This document shows positions 1-12,439 of a stretch of 61,700 bases of DNA, one piece after another. The notes below the pieces were generated by a model, which was not told where the DNA came from, made no database searches, and saw nothing but the letters and a program-made list of their open reading frames with translations. The stretch comes from Harriotta raleighana (lineage: Eukaryota), in NCBI GenBank assembly GCA_050575255.1, contig JBNZDD010013636.1:1267762-1329461 (forward strand), in the 5' to 3' direction. The translations under genes were made by a program, and so were the position numbers. Within the stretch, counting starts at the first letter, position 1, and every line of letters starts with the position of its first letter.

Positions 1-540
1 TACTTATTTATTATTGCAAACAAATGATCAGACTAACTGTTTTTAAGAGAAGCATAAGCCCTGTGCAGCTATCAGTTCAGCTTTACCAATCAATATTTCA
101 TCCTCATAGAAAGGTTTGCTCAAGCAACAACTGCATGATTCTTTCAGTGCTCCTGTAAGCAGTAGCACACATGATGATTCCCACATTAAATTGCAAACTC
201 AGATCTCTGTGCTCCTCAGGCACAAACATGGAAAGCACACAAGTTTTTGTGTTGTTTGTACTTCCAGTATTCCAGCCCAATTTAAGCAAAAATTTAGTAA
301 CTCATAAAATATTGAACAAAATCTGATTTTATGATGTATGTGGAAAGGATATAATAATGTGTGAAAAGCTATTTAATTCCCTCTGGTATAACAGGAGGAT
401 GCATTCATGTTACAGTCATTCTTGCAGTCTTGGCATTCTGACAAGATCTGGCTATGTATCTTAATAAAAATAGCCTTGTGAATATAGGATATTAAATTGG
501 ATTGAGAAAGTAACTCCAGAACAATCCTTTCAGATAAGCT

Positions 541-735
541 AACAATAATTATTTACATTTAAATATTGCCTTTCATGCTAAAAGGATATCTCAAATTGCT
601 TCACACAGCTGACTGAGAGCCCGAGATGGGGTTTGGGGGTAAAATAGATTGGGGGAGAGCAGGAACAAAGTCAATGAAGCAAAAAAGCACCAGTTCAGGT
701 TTGTAAAGGGCAATTTGGGGGCAGACACACAGGGG
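541..735 (-). mobile_element. L2 LINE 3' end fragment (old)
   Basis: The minus strand carries a degenerate L2 tail (TGAGATATCC...TGAAAGGCAATATTTAAATGTAAATAATTATTGTT), preceded by the pyrimidine-rich 3' region seen in other L2 copies here. Confidence 0.6.
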
Positions 736-779
736 AATTAATGACTGGAACAGATCATCAAGAAGGATCCATTCTGCCT

Positions 780-1085
780 TCCCCCGAACTCCACAATATT
801 GCAAATACATCTCCTATCAGGTCACCAAGACCCTCATCCAAGCTTTCATCGCATTGTGGCTTGAATATGCTAACTCCTGCTCGCAGGATATCACAACTTT
901 TTCCTCTACAGGATGCAGGTTATTCAGAACTCCGCAGTTCGTGTCCTATTCCCCACCAAGCTCCGGGAGCCAACTGCCCCCATCCTTGCTCAGCTTCATT
1001 AGCTTCCCATCCCCCGGAAGATTGAGCTGAGTCTTTCACCTCCCAACCTCTGCGACCTATGCCAAGGTCCTGTACAGGTTCAGGT
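780..1085 (+). mobile_element. L2 LINE ORF2 C-terminal fragment (degenerate)
   Basis: Broken frames read LHNIANTSPI, TLIQAFIALWLEYANS and MQVIQNSAVRVL, matching the L2 ORF2 motifs LRNIAxIRP, LIHAFxTSRLDYxNS and LQxIQNSAARVL. Confidence 0.75.
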
Positions 1086-1571
1086 GCTCGTCAAAGCTCT
1101 GATAGCACCAATTGAAAAGAGAAAAGAGATTTTACCGGTATCTGGACAATTCTTACTCTGTCTTCCAAATCCAGTTACTCACACTTTCTGATAATGCTTT
1201 CTTCTCAACATCTGTCTCTTTTCGATCAATCTCTAAGTCACTGATTACACTTTCTCTTATACTGTACTGCTAGCTCCTGTTTGTCCTCAACCTCTGATGT
1301 TCACTGATCACAATTTCCTCCCTCTGCAAGTAGGCACCGAGTAACAATGTACGTCTGTCTGCCTGTCTCGCGTATAACCTTTCAGAACTCAAATACAATT
1401 GGGCTGCCATATTTGCCTACAAATATAGTAAATCCCTCATTTACTGAACACAGGGTATCCAGATTCATAACTAGCTGGACCAGGCCTGAATTAGAATTTT
1501 AAAAAAAGTTTCCGTGAGCCCTCACATCTGTAGACTGCATCCATCATCCTTATCTCCTGATGCAGCAATTG

Positions 1572-1875
1572 TGGAGTTCTGTAACTCAGTGGTTAGAGCA
1601 CTTGCCTTGCAAGCAAGAGACCTGGATTCAATTCCCAGCAGAACAAAACATTGGGCAAGTTTCCTTGCTCCATATGCCTAATAATCCCTCTAAAAAATAA
1701 ATTTGTCATTTTCAATTAACGACTGTTTGTGGCACACTGCTATAGAAATTGGCGGCCGAGGTTCGCCCACAAATATACAGTCAATTCACTTTAGAGTATA
1801 TTTTGGGAAGCGCTTTGAGACATCTGGAAGATTTGAAAAGCACTATATCAAATGCAAGGATTATGATTATTATTA
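1572..1875 (+). mobile_element. Young tRNA-derived Deu-domain SINE, full length
   Basis: Head TGGAGTTCTGTAACTCAGTGGTTAGAGC (A box) and GGATTCAATTCC (B box); body CTGTTTGTGG...AATTGGCGGCCG; L2-type tail ...CTATATCAAATGCAAGG(ATT)n. Many similar copies in the window. Confidence 0.9.
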
Positions 1876-1987
1876 CCACCTATGTATTTTGGTGCCAGCT
1901 TTATCAGTGGCGAAATAAGATAGTAAATGCCGGTACAGGCGTTATAATTATACTTAGCTGGAATTCCAGGTTGCTGATTGATATTGA

Positions 1988-2375
1988 ACAACAACAACTT
2001 TGATTTATTTAGTGCCCTCCACGCCGAGTGGCGTCTCAGAGCACTTCACAATAACGGATCCAGGGCCGAGCCAAGGGCAGCGGGAAAAAGGTGACCGAAG
2101 ACGTGGCAAAAAAGAAAGGTCTATAGCCAAGACCTGAAACTAGGAAGAGAGAGGCGAGGTGAAGGGAGTGAGGAAGGGAATTCCAGGGTCTCGTGGCTAA
2201 AGGTATGGCCACCGAAGATGGAGTGGAGGATTCGGGAGATAGGAGGACACGAGAACCGGAGACCCGAGCTGGGGATTGGGATCAGGACTATGTAGGGCTC
2301 AAGCAAGAGGGTAAGGCGAAGAGACTATGGGACAGAGTTCAAAGGTTAAGGCTAGAGAGGCAGAAGGCCAGGCCA
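1988..2375 (-). mobile_element. L2 LINE 3' fragment, second tail subfamily
   Basis: Minus strand ends GTGCTCTGAGACGCCACTCGGCGTGGAGGGCACTAAATAAATCAAAG(TTG)n. The same tail type occurs at 26760-26820 and 56749-56810. Confidence 0.75.
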
Positions 2376-3254
2376 CATTTACTTACTTTGATACCAGCAC
2401 TTTCTGCATGCACACTCATATATACCATTAGTCATTTACTTACATCTAGGTTTTGTTACATTTTGCCCACCTGGAGATTTTTGCTCATGTGTTCTTCTCC
2501 GAGCTGGAATCCTGTCACCACTGGTCTCAACTCACTGTCATCCTCCGTACAATTAAATCCTGACTTCAACAATTCCAAGATTGCAAGTCTCCCACGGACA
2601 CTTTGTCCACTGTGAATGCATGGAAATCTCCCATCAGAAGCAGCATCTAGAGAGTGTGACCTGATTACATCACAAAAGACACATGTCAAACACTGCCAGA
2701 AATTCAGAGTCCAAAAAATAAAAGCAGTGATAGGTTGCCACTTGTCCATGTGGGGGGGAATGTGTCGGAAATAAAATGCCATTTACAATGTTTTAGAAGA
2801 ATAAAGCACGGATAATGACGGTATCACTGCGTGGGAAGAGGGCTAGAATGGATTACTGAGGTTGTCAATCTGGCAATTGACATCCGTAGATGTAAAGTTC
2901 AGCATCAACTGCACACATTAATTGCTAGGCTCAGTACAGATCCGAAGTCAGCACCCTTAATGATCTCATCATCATGTGCTGTTTAAACACAAATTATTCA
3001 AACAAAAGAGACCAACGTGGAGACTGCAAAACAGAGGGATGGTATAATTCTGGGCTTCAGTTTGAATCATGAAAAGGGCCCGGATAATGGAACTCTCTTT
3101 GAACAGAATGACACAAATATCTCTGGAAGATTCTTACTGGAAATAAAAGGAATGAAACAAGCTCTCCCCTCTCTTGGCTTGATAAAGCTCGGCCTTCTCT
3201 TGCTTGCTGTCGCTTCTTTGTTTTTTCTCTCCCTCTTTCTCTGACTTTAAGTGC

Positions 3255-3635
3255 CAGCTTGGGCTCAATTGGTAGCACTCTTGTGCCTGAATCACACGTT
3301 TGTAGTTTAATGCCTCCTGCTTGGATATGGCCTCTCCCAGGGTAGTCCAACCTTTGGGTTGCTGAGCCCTGGAAGTTGGGTTTGGAAGATGAAACAATGG
3401 GCCACATAAGCAATATTTTATCCTAATTGGCCGATCTCATTGCCAGGGAGAGTGTGAGCTCCCAGTGACTATCTCCTGATGGACTTGGAGACTGAGTGTT
3501 GCCTGTAATTACTTGTGAATGAAATTGAAAATGGCTCATGGGTCAGATGAAATCTTCCTCTGCCAATTGGAACCACCCTGGTCTATTTTAATCCTCAAAT
3601 ACAGTACTGGGGGAAGGCTGCATCTAGCTGAGGTC
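3255..3635 (+). mobile_element. Ancient SINE-like element, unclassified body
   Basis: Starts with a tRNA-type head (GGCTCAATTGGTAGCACTCTTG..CTGAATCA) like the old SINEs here; the body does not match the Deu domain. Confidence 0.35.
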
Positions 3636-3636
3636 A

Positions 3637-3980
3637 TGTAAGAACAAAGGGGAACAGCAGGAGGCTATCAAGTCTATTACACCAATCCATTACATATTTT
3701 ATTCTCAATGCCCTTCTCTTTCAGTATACCGCTTAATAACTACTATCCAAGTGTGTATCTAGATCTCTTTAAAATAAACCAATTGATTTGACTTCTGGAG
3801 CTTTATGGGGAAGAGCATTCTACATCTTCCCAATCCTCTGTGTGAAGAAATGTTTCCTGGCCTCAATTCTACTTGTCTTACTTCTGATTTTAAAGATGTG
3901 CCCCCTACCAAAGTAAGGTAGTCTTTGACTACCTAATCTGTCAATTTATTATTTTATTTTAAATATCTCAATCAACTCAC
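3637..3980 (-). mobile_element. CR1 LINE 3' fragment (old)
   Basis: GCATTCTACATCTTCCCAATCCTCTGTGTGAAGAAATGTTTCCT and TTTAAAGATGTGCCCCCT are reverse complements of CR1 ORF2-end motifs seen in the 17368-17993 copy. Confidence 0.7.
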
Positions 3981-4420
3981 TGTGGTCCAAAGGTGGATAG
4001 TGGTGATCCAATGACTAATTCATTGAAAGGAGAAGGGAGTTTCTCCTGGTGAACAATTCTCATGATAAATAATCAGACACCTGCTAGCTGTTTATGGGAT
4101 CAAACCAATTGACTTCTTTGCTTGGCTATTAAAATGTCTCTACACTTTACAGTAATTATTGTAAAATCCTTTGAGACATTTTGATACTATAAGGTGCTTT
4201 AAAATCAAGCTAGCATCTTTTCACTCCCTCATTCACACACACATATATACTGCACCCAACCTGACAATATTAACAATGCTTGCATTTGATGTACATTAGT
4301 GCCTCATTACACCTTTTAAATATCTCAAAGCACTTCAAGGAATATACTGTAAAGTGAATTCACTGTGTATTTCATCAGTACAATGTGAGAACACAGGAAA
4401 AAATGTATAGTATTTGTTTA

Positions 4421-5050
4421 CAGCAACAAAATTACACTTGTATAGCACCTTTAATGTCAGGAGGACGTCCCAAGGTGCTGGACAGTCGTTGTTTCAGACC
4501 CGAGCTAGGCTCGGGGAGGGTGGAGGGAAAGGGGGGGATTTATGGTGACCGATGGGACTTAAGGAGGGTCTTAAGGCGGGACTTGAAGGAAGCTAAGGAG
4601 GGGGCGAGACAAAGGGACTTCGGGATGGAGTTCCAATCAGAGGTTGGGGACACAGTGGCTGAAGTCGCACCTGCCAATGGTGGGGTGGGTGGGTCAGGGG
4701 ATATGGAGCATGCCGGAACCTGCTGAGCGGATGGGGTGGGCAGGTTAGTAGGGGGTTAGAAGGTCACAGAGCTAGGATGTGATGAGGCTATGAAGGGCTT
4801 TGGAGGTGAGGACCAGGATGTTGAATTGAATCTTCTGGGTGATAGGGAGCTAATGGAGTCAGGCAAGGATGGGGGAGATGACATGGGCCACAGAGTTCTG
4901 GATTATTTGCAGCCTACAGAGGGAAGAATTGGGAAGGCCAACAAGCAGGATGTTGGCTTAGTTGAGCTGGGATGTGATGAAAGCGTGAATGAGGTTTTAG
5001 GCAGGGTATCAAAGTGATTTGGAGATAGAGTGACATTTCTCCTTGAGTGA
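4421..5050 (-). mobile_element. L2 LINE 3' fragment
   Basis: Tail CAACAAAATTACAC...GGAGGACGTCCCAAGGTGCTG followed by the purine-rich antisense of L2 ORF2 end (GGGATGGAGTTCCA antisense of WNSIP; GAGTTCTGGATTATTTGCAG antisense of LQIIQNS). Confidence 0.85.
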
Positions 5051-7730
5051 GGCATTGTGAAAGTATGATTGTCACGAAACAAACAAGTTGGTGTAAAAAC
5101 GACTTTGTTATTGGTGGCTTGTTGAAAGCCCTGTCTTGAATCATGCATTTTGTTCGTGGTAACAATAATCTTTACACTTGATATAGCACCTTTCGAATCA
5201 GCAGGACATTTCAAAGTGCCTCACAGAATTTACTGTAAAGTGTAGTGACCTTGTACTTTATTGGCAGCAGTTTGTAAAGAAAAATGATTAACGTTTATAT
5301 TGGAGAGAGAAAAATGTAAAATGAAACTTGACAAAAAACAAAGTGAATGGGAATGAAGAGAGAATAAAGAGGAAAAATGAATAGAATAGCTAACGTTTGA
5401 ATCGTATTTTTATCTAAAAAACAGTTTTTGTTGCTTCTTGGTCATGTTAAAATATTAATATTAAAGAAATAAAGCTAAAAAAAAACATAAACATAAATTT
5501 GCATTTCAAAATCATAAAGCCAGTTGGTAGCCAGGAATTTAATTTGACTCAGCAGAAGACTAAGGGATAACATTTGCATGGAGGGTTGAATGTAAAATCA
5601 TGAATTATTCAATACTCTGCTATAAATAGTACTGCAGGCTAGTATTAACATTGACTATTGAATTACTACTAACAACTCACAGTGTTCGGGTTGTATTATG
5701 TGTGTATGATTGCTCAATTGAAGGGATTCCTGGAAAAGCTGCCAATCACATGCACTTTCTTACTGGGGCTCCTTTAGCAAACAGGGGGTTAATGAATAGC
5801 AGATATCTTCACAAGGTCAAATTATGAAAGAACAGAATGAGTGAAAGAAAGCTGATGGTGGCTGATTGTGCTGCAGGGCCATAAACATCCACCATGACTG
5901 TACTGCTGTCTCCATTTAAGTGCACTTTGCAACTACTTAGATATTGCACTAGATTAAATCAAAAAGGATGAGTCATTTATACCTTCTTTCTGGGTATGGT
6001 GAATGTTTGTTGCACTTGCATATACCATCATAAAATCTTTCAGGACTCCCCTGCCCTAGGTAAGTTGGGAAATAGCACCAGTATCCAGAGTTCTGTAATT
6101 GTTCGTTCAGCTCAGCTTCATACCTCAGAGCTCTCCGCAGAATTTTCCTGTAAAGTTTATTTACAGCATGTTTTAGGCAAATTTGGTTTGCATTGTAATA
6201 GATTTCCTCGAATGTCAGACAGCTGGCTGACCCCCACCACTCACCCCCATTTTTCCTCCCCCTTTAGAATACACTTCAATAATAGTAATAATTCTTGCAA
6301 TGTGGTATATCATATATTTGTAGATTTTCAATTACAAAATACAGCCATTATGCTTTAAGGTATATCCAAAATTTAAATTTGTTTTAGATAAATAATTTGG
6401 TGTGTTAGCCGGGATCAGTCTGTCGCACTATCACCTTTCTGTAACCTGCAATGAGTCAGAGCATTGTAGGTTCAAGCTCCAAGTTGGGACTTTGAATAAG
6501 CAGAATTTGAAAGGCACTATATTTAATGCAAAGATTATCATTATTCTTATTTATTTAATACTCAGCATATTAAACAGTCACTCTACTACACAGCGGACTT
6601 CACTGAAAGCCACCAGTGTGCTTTAACACTCAGACCATTTTTCTTCCACACTCTGACTGTACCTACCACAGTTGCTTTGGTTTAGGTCAATTTGTTGAAT
6701 GAACGAGTGTAGTCTAGAGATCAGCAAATGGACTGCAGTATTTTTATCTGGGATTTCCAAGAAAAAATGACTCTGTAGAGAACTAGTTACTGATTTATCC
6801 AAATTTCACAATAATTCAGTTTCAGTGTGTTCCTGATGAGTGTTGAACTATTTTGAAGTTGAGCCTTAGTTAAAGGCACACTATGTTCATCAAAACCATT
6901 CGGTGAACTTGATTGTGCTAAGTTGTACACATAAAATTCAGTGATATAAATACTGTCCAAATACTTTGATCTGTGTCACATTCTGCATGTACTTACATTT
7001 CTTACTTTTCTCTATCCTTCTTCAAAATATTGCCTTTTTTTGTGAATGTTTGCCCCTTTAGAGAACTGTAAAGCATAAAATAATAATAATAATCCTACCA
7101 TTTTATATAGTGCCTTATAGTGCCTTTCGAGACGTCTCAAAGCGCTTCACAGAATACTTCCAAATGCTTTGTTTAAAATAATTTACATTTGTAGCCATTT
7201 ATTTCATAGATATTTTCCGGAATGCTTTTGAATGAGACATATGGGCAAACCATTTTAAAGCAGTGTTCTGGGGGCATACACTGAGATATTTGTGTTCAAA
7301 GAAAATGTGAAAAAATGGTTGACTTCTGGGACAGAAAGTCAGCACTATGCACAGAAAGTGATATTCAGCAGTGACCTAATGCCCCTGAAATTATTATTAC
7401 AGTACATGACTCTGTGTCAAAATGGAGAAGGTAATGGAGGAATATAGGAGAGCAGAATAGGAAGACTGGAGACTGATGTGACGCATAAACACTCATTGAC
7501 CAGTTGGGATAAATGTGTTTTTGTTTTATACAGTTCGATTCTGCGTTAAATCCATTCTGCCATCAGAGAAGATTTTCTTTTACCATTAATTCTCATCCCC
7601 ATTTTTTAAGTCAGTTGTTGTGGGCTGAAGACTTTCCACTTGCTGATCTGCCTTGTCTGGAGCTGACTCATGATGCAAATAAATGGTTGGGGAACATTCT
7701 ATCCCTAACTTCCCCTCAATGATTTATCTA

Positions 7731-7796
7731 CAACAACAACAACAACAAAATTACATTTATAGAGCGCGTTTCACGTCAGGAGGACGTCCCAAGGCG
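7731..7796 (-). mobile_element. L2 tail-only micro-insertion
   Basis: (CAA)n AATTACATTTATAGAGCGCGTTTCACGTCAGGAGGACGTCCCAAGGCG, flanked by TCTA on both sides. Confidence 0.85.
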
Positions 7797-8479
7797 TCTA
7801 AGATTGGATGCTCACTGTATGGGAAATTGCAGCCACAGACGCATATACCATCCACTCGATGGGCATAACACACTTGCATATCAATGCTCTGTACTCCTGG
7901 GCTGCAACAGGAATGCAAATCTGATCTCCAGGACTCTGAGCTACAGAGTACTGTTCAATACAAAGAGCTCAGTGTGCTGCTGATTCATAGGAAAATAGAT
8001 TATGTGATGCTGGGACTCTAAGTGTCAGTGAAAGCCTGTAAGGAGAACTGCCATGTTAAAGCTCCTTTTGTAAGGACTGGTAGATTAAGCTTCATTCTAA
8101 TTGTGCAGCGTATGGAGCTACTCCAATAAAAGATTCATAGTCACTGCTTGAAAAGCAGCTTGTACATTTGAACAGTACCTGACCTGTAACATTTTAGTCA
8201 CATTCGCGGCTGTGTCAATGGAGTGAGTGATGTTAACACAATTTGAATCTAATCATTAGTATCTACACCCATCCTACAATGTTGGAAATGAACCTCTGCT
8301 TTATAACATAATATCCTTTAAGGTAAAATATGCCTTGTAATCATTAGGAGAGAGATGTCAACCACGGACAACGGACCATTTTCTGATTTTTACCTTTGGT
8401 GTCAGCTTCAAGCACTTCAAGGTCAAGTGTAACATAAGTCAAATGCAGTAAAGCTCCCACCTCCCTGAAACTCCATCGC

Positions 8480-8640
8480 ATAGTGCCTCCAACTCAGCCC
8501 CTCACCCAACATTTAAAGCCCCTTTTAAGATTACTTATTTGACCGTGCTTTTTGTCATCTTTTCCCTCTCCCACCCTCTTTAGCTCTCAACATTACCTGT
8601 ACTATATAAAGCCCTTTGAGACATCTTCCTGATGTGAAAG
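8480..8640 (+). mobile_element. L2 LINE 3' fragment (old)
   Basis: TTTGACCGTGCTTTT...AAAGCCCTTTGAGACATCTTCCTGATGTGAAAG is a degenerate L2 end. Confidence 0.6.
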
Positions 8641-8659
8641 TGGGTATTCCAGCTCACTG

Positions 8660-8895
8660 GAGGATTCTCAAGGATTGTGAGATTGTGGAACTCGCTGCCA
8701 GAAGCAGTAGTTGAATCAGATAGTGTAGATGCATTTAGGAGGAAGCTAAATCTTCAAATGAGGGAAAGGGGAATAGAAGGATATGGAGGGAATAAGGAAC
8801 GGGTATACTATCAGTGTGGAGTATAAACACTGACACGAATGGTTGAGACAAGTGGTCTCTTTTGATGCTATACATTCTTTGTAAATCTTTGTAAG
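8660..8895 (+). mobile_element. CR1 LINE 3' fragment
   Basis: TTGTGGAACTCGCTGCCAGAAGCAGTAGTTGA...AGAAGGATATGGAG is typical of the CR1 ORF2 end and 3' UTR. Confidence 0.75.
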
Positions 8896-9468
8896 TCTAT
8901 GAAAAGCATTGTTAAAAAATATGAATTTTATGGTATCTCCTACCCTAGAAATACACCCTGATTCTAGAATGAGAATTGCACCATCCATTGCAGTTTTGAC
9001 CGGCTCAATCCAATCTGTAACAGGTTCAAGGCCAAGGCATGTAGTTGACCATATTTGGCACTGTATCTTAAGCCTCACAAAAGGGGGTGTGCATAGCATA
9101 GTTTGTCTCATTTCTGAAATAAGCCATCAAAGTTCAGGTGTAAAACGGGTCAAATCCAATTAAGCTCCCATCTGCTACCCTGGCATGTACCTACCTAGTT
9201 CAAGGGTCAGAATTAGACCATTAAATGCAATAGAGATTTTCAACATGAGTTACATATACTCCACACTGCGTGAGGTTTTAGATTCAAATTTAATTGTGGA
9301 CAATTGTATAGCATTGCCTTGAATCTTGTAGAGATTGGATTGAAACTATCCAAACTAATTACAACAACAATTTGCACTGATATAGTACCTTTCAGATAGT
9401 GCTTCATAGAGATGGAGTGGTGGAGCCCCAGCAGGATGAGAGATAAAAAGATAGGAAGGATCTGCCAA

Positions 9469-9910
9469 ACAACAACAACAATAAACAAAATTTCATTCAG
9501 AGAGTGCCTTTCACGTCGGGAGGATGTCCCGAGGTGCTGAACAGTCAGGTTGGGACCCGAACAAGGGAGAGGGGCAGGGTAGGTGGGAGTGCCAGGAGGG
9601 ATTTAGGAGGGGAGGGAGAGAGTTGGCAGGGCAGAAAAAGGCACGATTGAAGAGGAAGGTCTTGAAGGATGTGAGGGAGGGAGCAAGGCAAAGGGACTGT
9701 GGGATGGAGTTCCAGAGTGTGGGGGCAGAAAGGCTGAAAGCTTGTTTGCCGAAGGTAGGGCGGGTCGGCCGGGGGCATGGAGCAGTCTGGAGCCTACTGA
9801 ACGGAAGGGAGGGGAAGTTCATGGGGGACAGCAGGTCAGAGAGGTAGGGCAAGGAGGTGAGGCCCACTCCAAGAGGTAAGTTTGAAGAAGGATGTTGAAA
9901 ACAGTGGGAT
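9469..9910 (-). mobile_element. L2 LINE 3' fragment
   Basis: ORF 9511..10008(-) contains PYLSDLL...GKQAFSLSAPTLWNSIPQSLCLAPSLTSFKTFLFNRAF (L2 ORF2 C-terminus); hairpin tail and (TTG)n present. Confidence 0.9.
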
Positions 9911-10064
9911 GTTGTGAGGTGGAAGGATTTAGGGATATAATTACCGAAGGTGGAAATGATAAGGCTGGTGGTTTGCCCACTGACAGTGGAGTAGAGGAGC
10001 AAGGGCAAATGGAGCAGGCCAGCATTGGCAGAGTAAAGGGAGATGGCAGGGAGTGGTATTACAT

Positions 10065-10345
10065 AAAATTATCTGGAACATTACAGAATGGGAACAGGCC
10101 ATTCAGTCCAACTAGTTCATGCCAGTGTTAATACTCCAAATGAACCTCCACACCTCCTATTTCACTCTCTTATAGTCCTTTATTCCCTTCTCCCTTTTGT
10201 AGGGACGTCCTCCCAATGTGAAAGGCACTCTACAAATGTAATATTGTTGTTGTTATGTATGCATCAAATGTCTTCTTAAATACGTTAATACTTTTTGCTT
10301 CAATCACAGATTCCAACAGCGAGCTCCACATTCTCAACACCCTCT
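10065..10345 (-). mobile_element. CR1 3' fragment interrupted by an L2 tail-only insertion (10201-10255, +)
   Basis: GGAACAGGCCATTCAGTCCA and TTCCAACAGCGAGCTCCACATTCTCAACACCCTC are CR1 antisense; the internal GGGACGTCCTCCCAATGTGAAAGGCACTC...TTGTTGTTG is an L2 tail. Confidence 0.7.
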
Positions 10346-11211
10346 ACATTAAGTTAGTAATAATGATTATCTTTACATATGACAGCAATGTTCATGTTGA
10401 GAGGACATCTCAAACAGCTCAATAGGATATACTGATGGGTCCTCGGTTTATTTAATTGAAGGACCTGTAGCACACTCCCAGCACTGCATTGGAGTATAAG
10501 CTAACTATGAGTTCAAAGTCCCAACATCGGGCTTGAATCTACAACTTTTAATTCAGATGTAAGAGTGATACCTATTGAGATAACCTAACACACTAAATTA
10601 TTTACTTTAAAACATGTAGAGATTTTGACAATGCTATCTAAATTAATTGGAAAAAAAATGAGGAAAATTCAAATTGTATGTGCTTTTGAATCTCTGCTGT
10701 AGAGCAAATGGAATGGCCTCAGGTAGGTATGAAGACACAAAACAGATGACCAGCCTATTCTACACTATTCACCTTGTGTATTGATAGACTCAACCATAGG
10801 AAATTCATATTGTGGACGTATGATTGAGCTGAATTTTTTCCACCATGTGAACTGAGGAGGACTTGATGTTGAGCAAAGAGAGGTGGCAGCAAGAATAGGA
10901 AACACTGATCTAAAAACAAGCATCAACTCTCATCTTTCTCTCTTCAAATGACCTGCTCCATCAGAAGACGATGGTCAAAGTTCACAAAGCAGATTTTTTT
11001 TTTACCAGACCCCAGCTATCGGAAGTCAAAAAAGACATTGTTTTTGCTTGATATTGAGATAACAAAAGTTCATATTTAAGCTCGATATTCATCCACTTTA
11101 TGGCATTCACTGGAAAGGATTACAACATCCTCATTGATCTCTTCCTTTCTTGAGATAACAACGTAAAACAAGCAAATTGTTCTGCGGTTGAAAAAGTATT
11201 TGCTCTTTATC

Positions 11212-11283
11212 CAGCGCCTGGGGACATCCTCCTGGCGTGAAAGGCGCTCTGTAAATGTAATTTTGTTGTTTTTGTTGTTGTTG
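11212..11283 (+). mobile_element. L2 tail-only micro-insertion
   Basis: CAGCGCCTGGGGACATCCTCCTGGCGTGAAAGGCGCTC...(TTG)n, flanked by TTATC direct repeats (11207-11211, 11284-11288). Confidence 0.85.
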
Positions 11284-12079
11284 TTATCATGGCTCTTAGA
11301 TCTGTATCACCCTGGGACATCAGGCACAGCAAGAAACACAAAGAAACAATTTACGTGAAGCTACACCAGACAATCTTGTGTTTTGATCGTCATTTAAAAG
11401 ATGGACTTGTCTAACATCCGCTATAGTGTGCTTTAAAAAAGGATTTGATAAGACCATCTAGATACACAATTAGAACCAACGGGTTGTCCTTTTCAAATGT
11501 TGAAAGGTTTTACAGATAAAGAGAAAGGTTCTCTTTGTATTTCCTCTAGTGTAGGTTCATATCACAATGGAATTTTATAATCTGTGCAGTGTGTGTACAT
11601 TTAGAAGATCAAGTAAGTGTTTGTATCCCATAAATAACTGTGTCCTTTGTTGGAACGATTAGATGCTGTCACCTGCATAAGCTACCCTCTGACATTTACA
11701 GGACAAATAAGAACTTTTCTGGGTTTCTTGTTTTCCTTTTTAAAAAAATATATAGTGTAATTCAACTAAACAAAAGAGTAAGCAACAGAGTTGTGGACCA
11801 ATTAACTTCATTTCATTTGAATGTTTTCAATATCATAATTATTGTCAGCACCATGTCAGCAGGGCAATAAAACTTGAACAGTTATGGATTTTCAAAAATT
11901 AATTGTAAGGAAAACTGATATTAAGGATACCTCACAGGCAGTTGGATGTCCTGTTATTATGCTTGATGGATTTCTTGTTAATAAACCATGAATTCATGCC
12001 ATGCAATATCTGTACATATCAACTTCATACACTCAACAAACACAATTGGCATTCTCTGACCATCAGTGTTCATCATTAG

Positions 12080-12430
12080 TGGAGTCCTGTAACTCAGTGG
12101 TTAGAGCACTCACCTTACAAGTAAGAGACCTGGGTTCGATTCCAGGCAGGGCAGAACTTTGGGCAAATGTCCTTATTCCATATGCCTAATAATAATTCCT
12201 CAAAATAAACAATAATAAATTGGCTATTTTCAATCCACAATTGTTTGTGGGACATTGCTGTGCACAACTGGCTGCCGCGATTCACCCACATATATACAAC
12301 AACAAAATTACACTTGTGTAGCGCCTTTCATGTCAAGAGGCCATCCCAATATACAATCAATTCACTTTACAGTATGTCTAGAAGATGTGAAATGCGCTAT
12401 ATCAAATGCAAGGATTATTATTATTATTTA
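12080..12430 (+). mobile_element. Young Deu-domain SINE, full length, carrying an L2 tail insertion at 12300-12348
   Basis: Head TGGAGTCCTGTAACTCAGTGGTTAGAGC...GGTTCGATTCCAGGCAGGGC, Deu core and (ATT)n tail; the body is interrupted by a 49 bp antisense L2 tail. Confidence 0.9.
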
Positions 12431-12439
12431 TCATGCCGG

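Noticed and set aside
12080-12155. tRNA gene
   Set aside because: The tRNA-like head runs straight into the SINE body, and the anticodon-loop sequence varies among copies (TGC, TAC, TGT, TTC).
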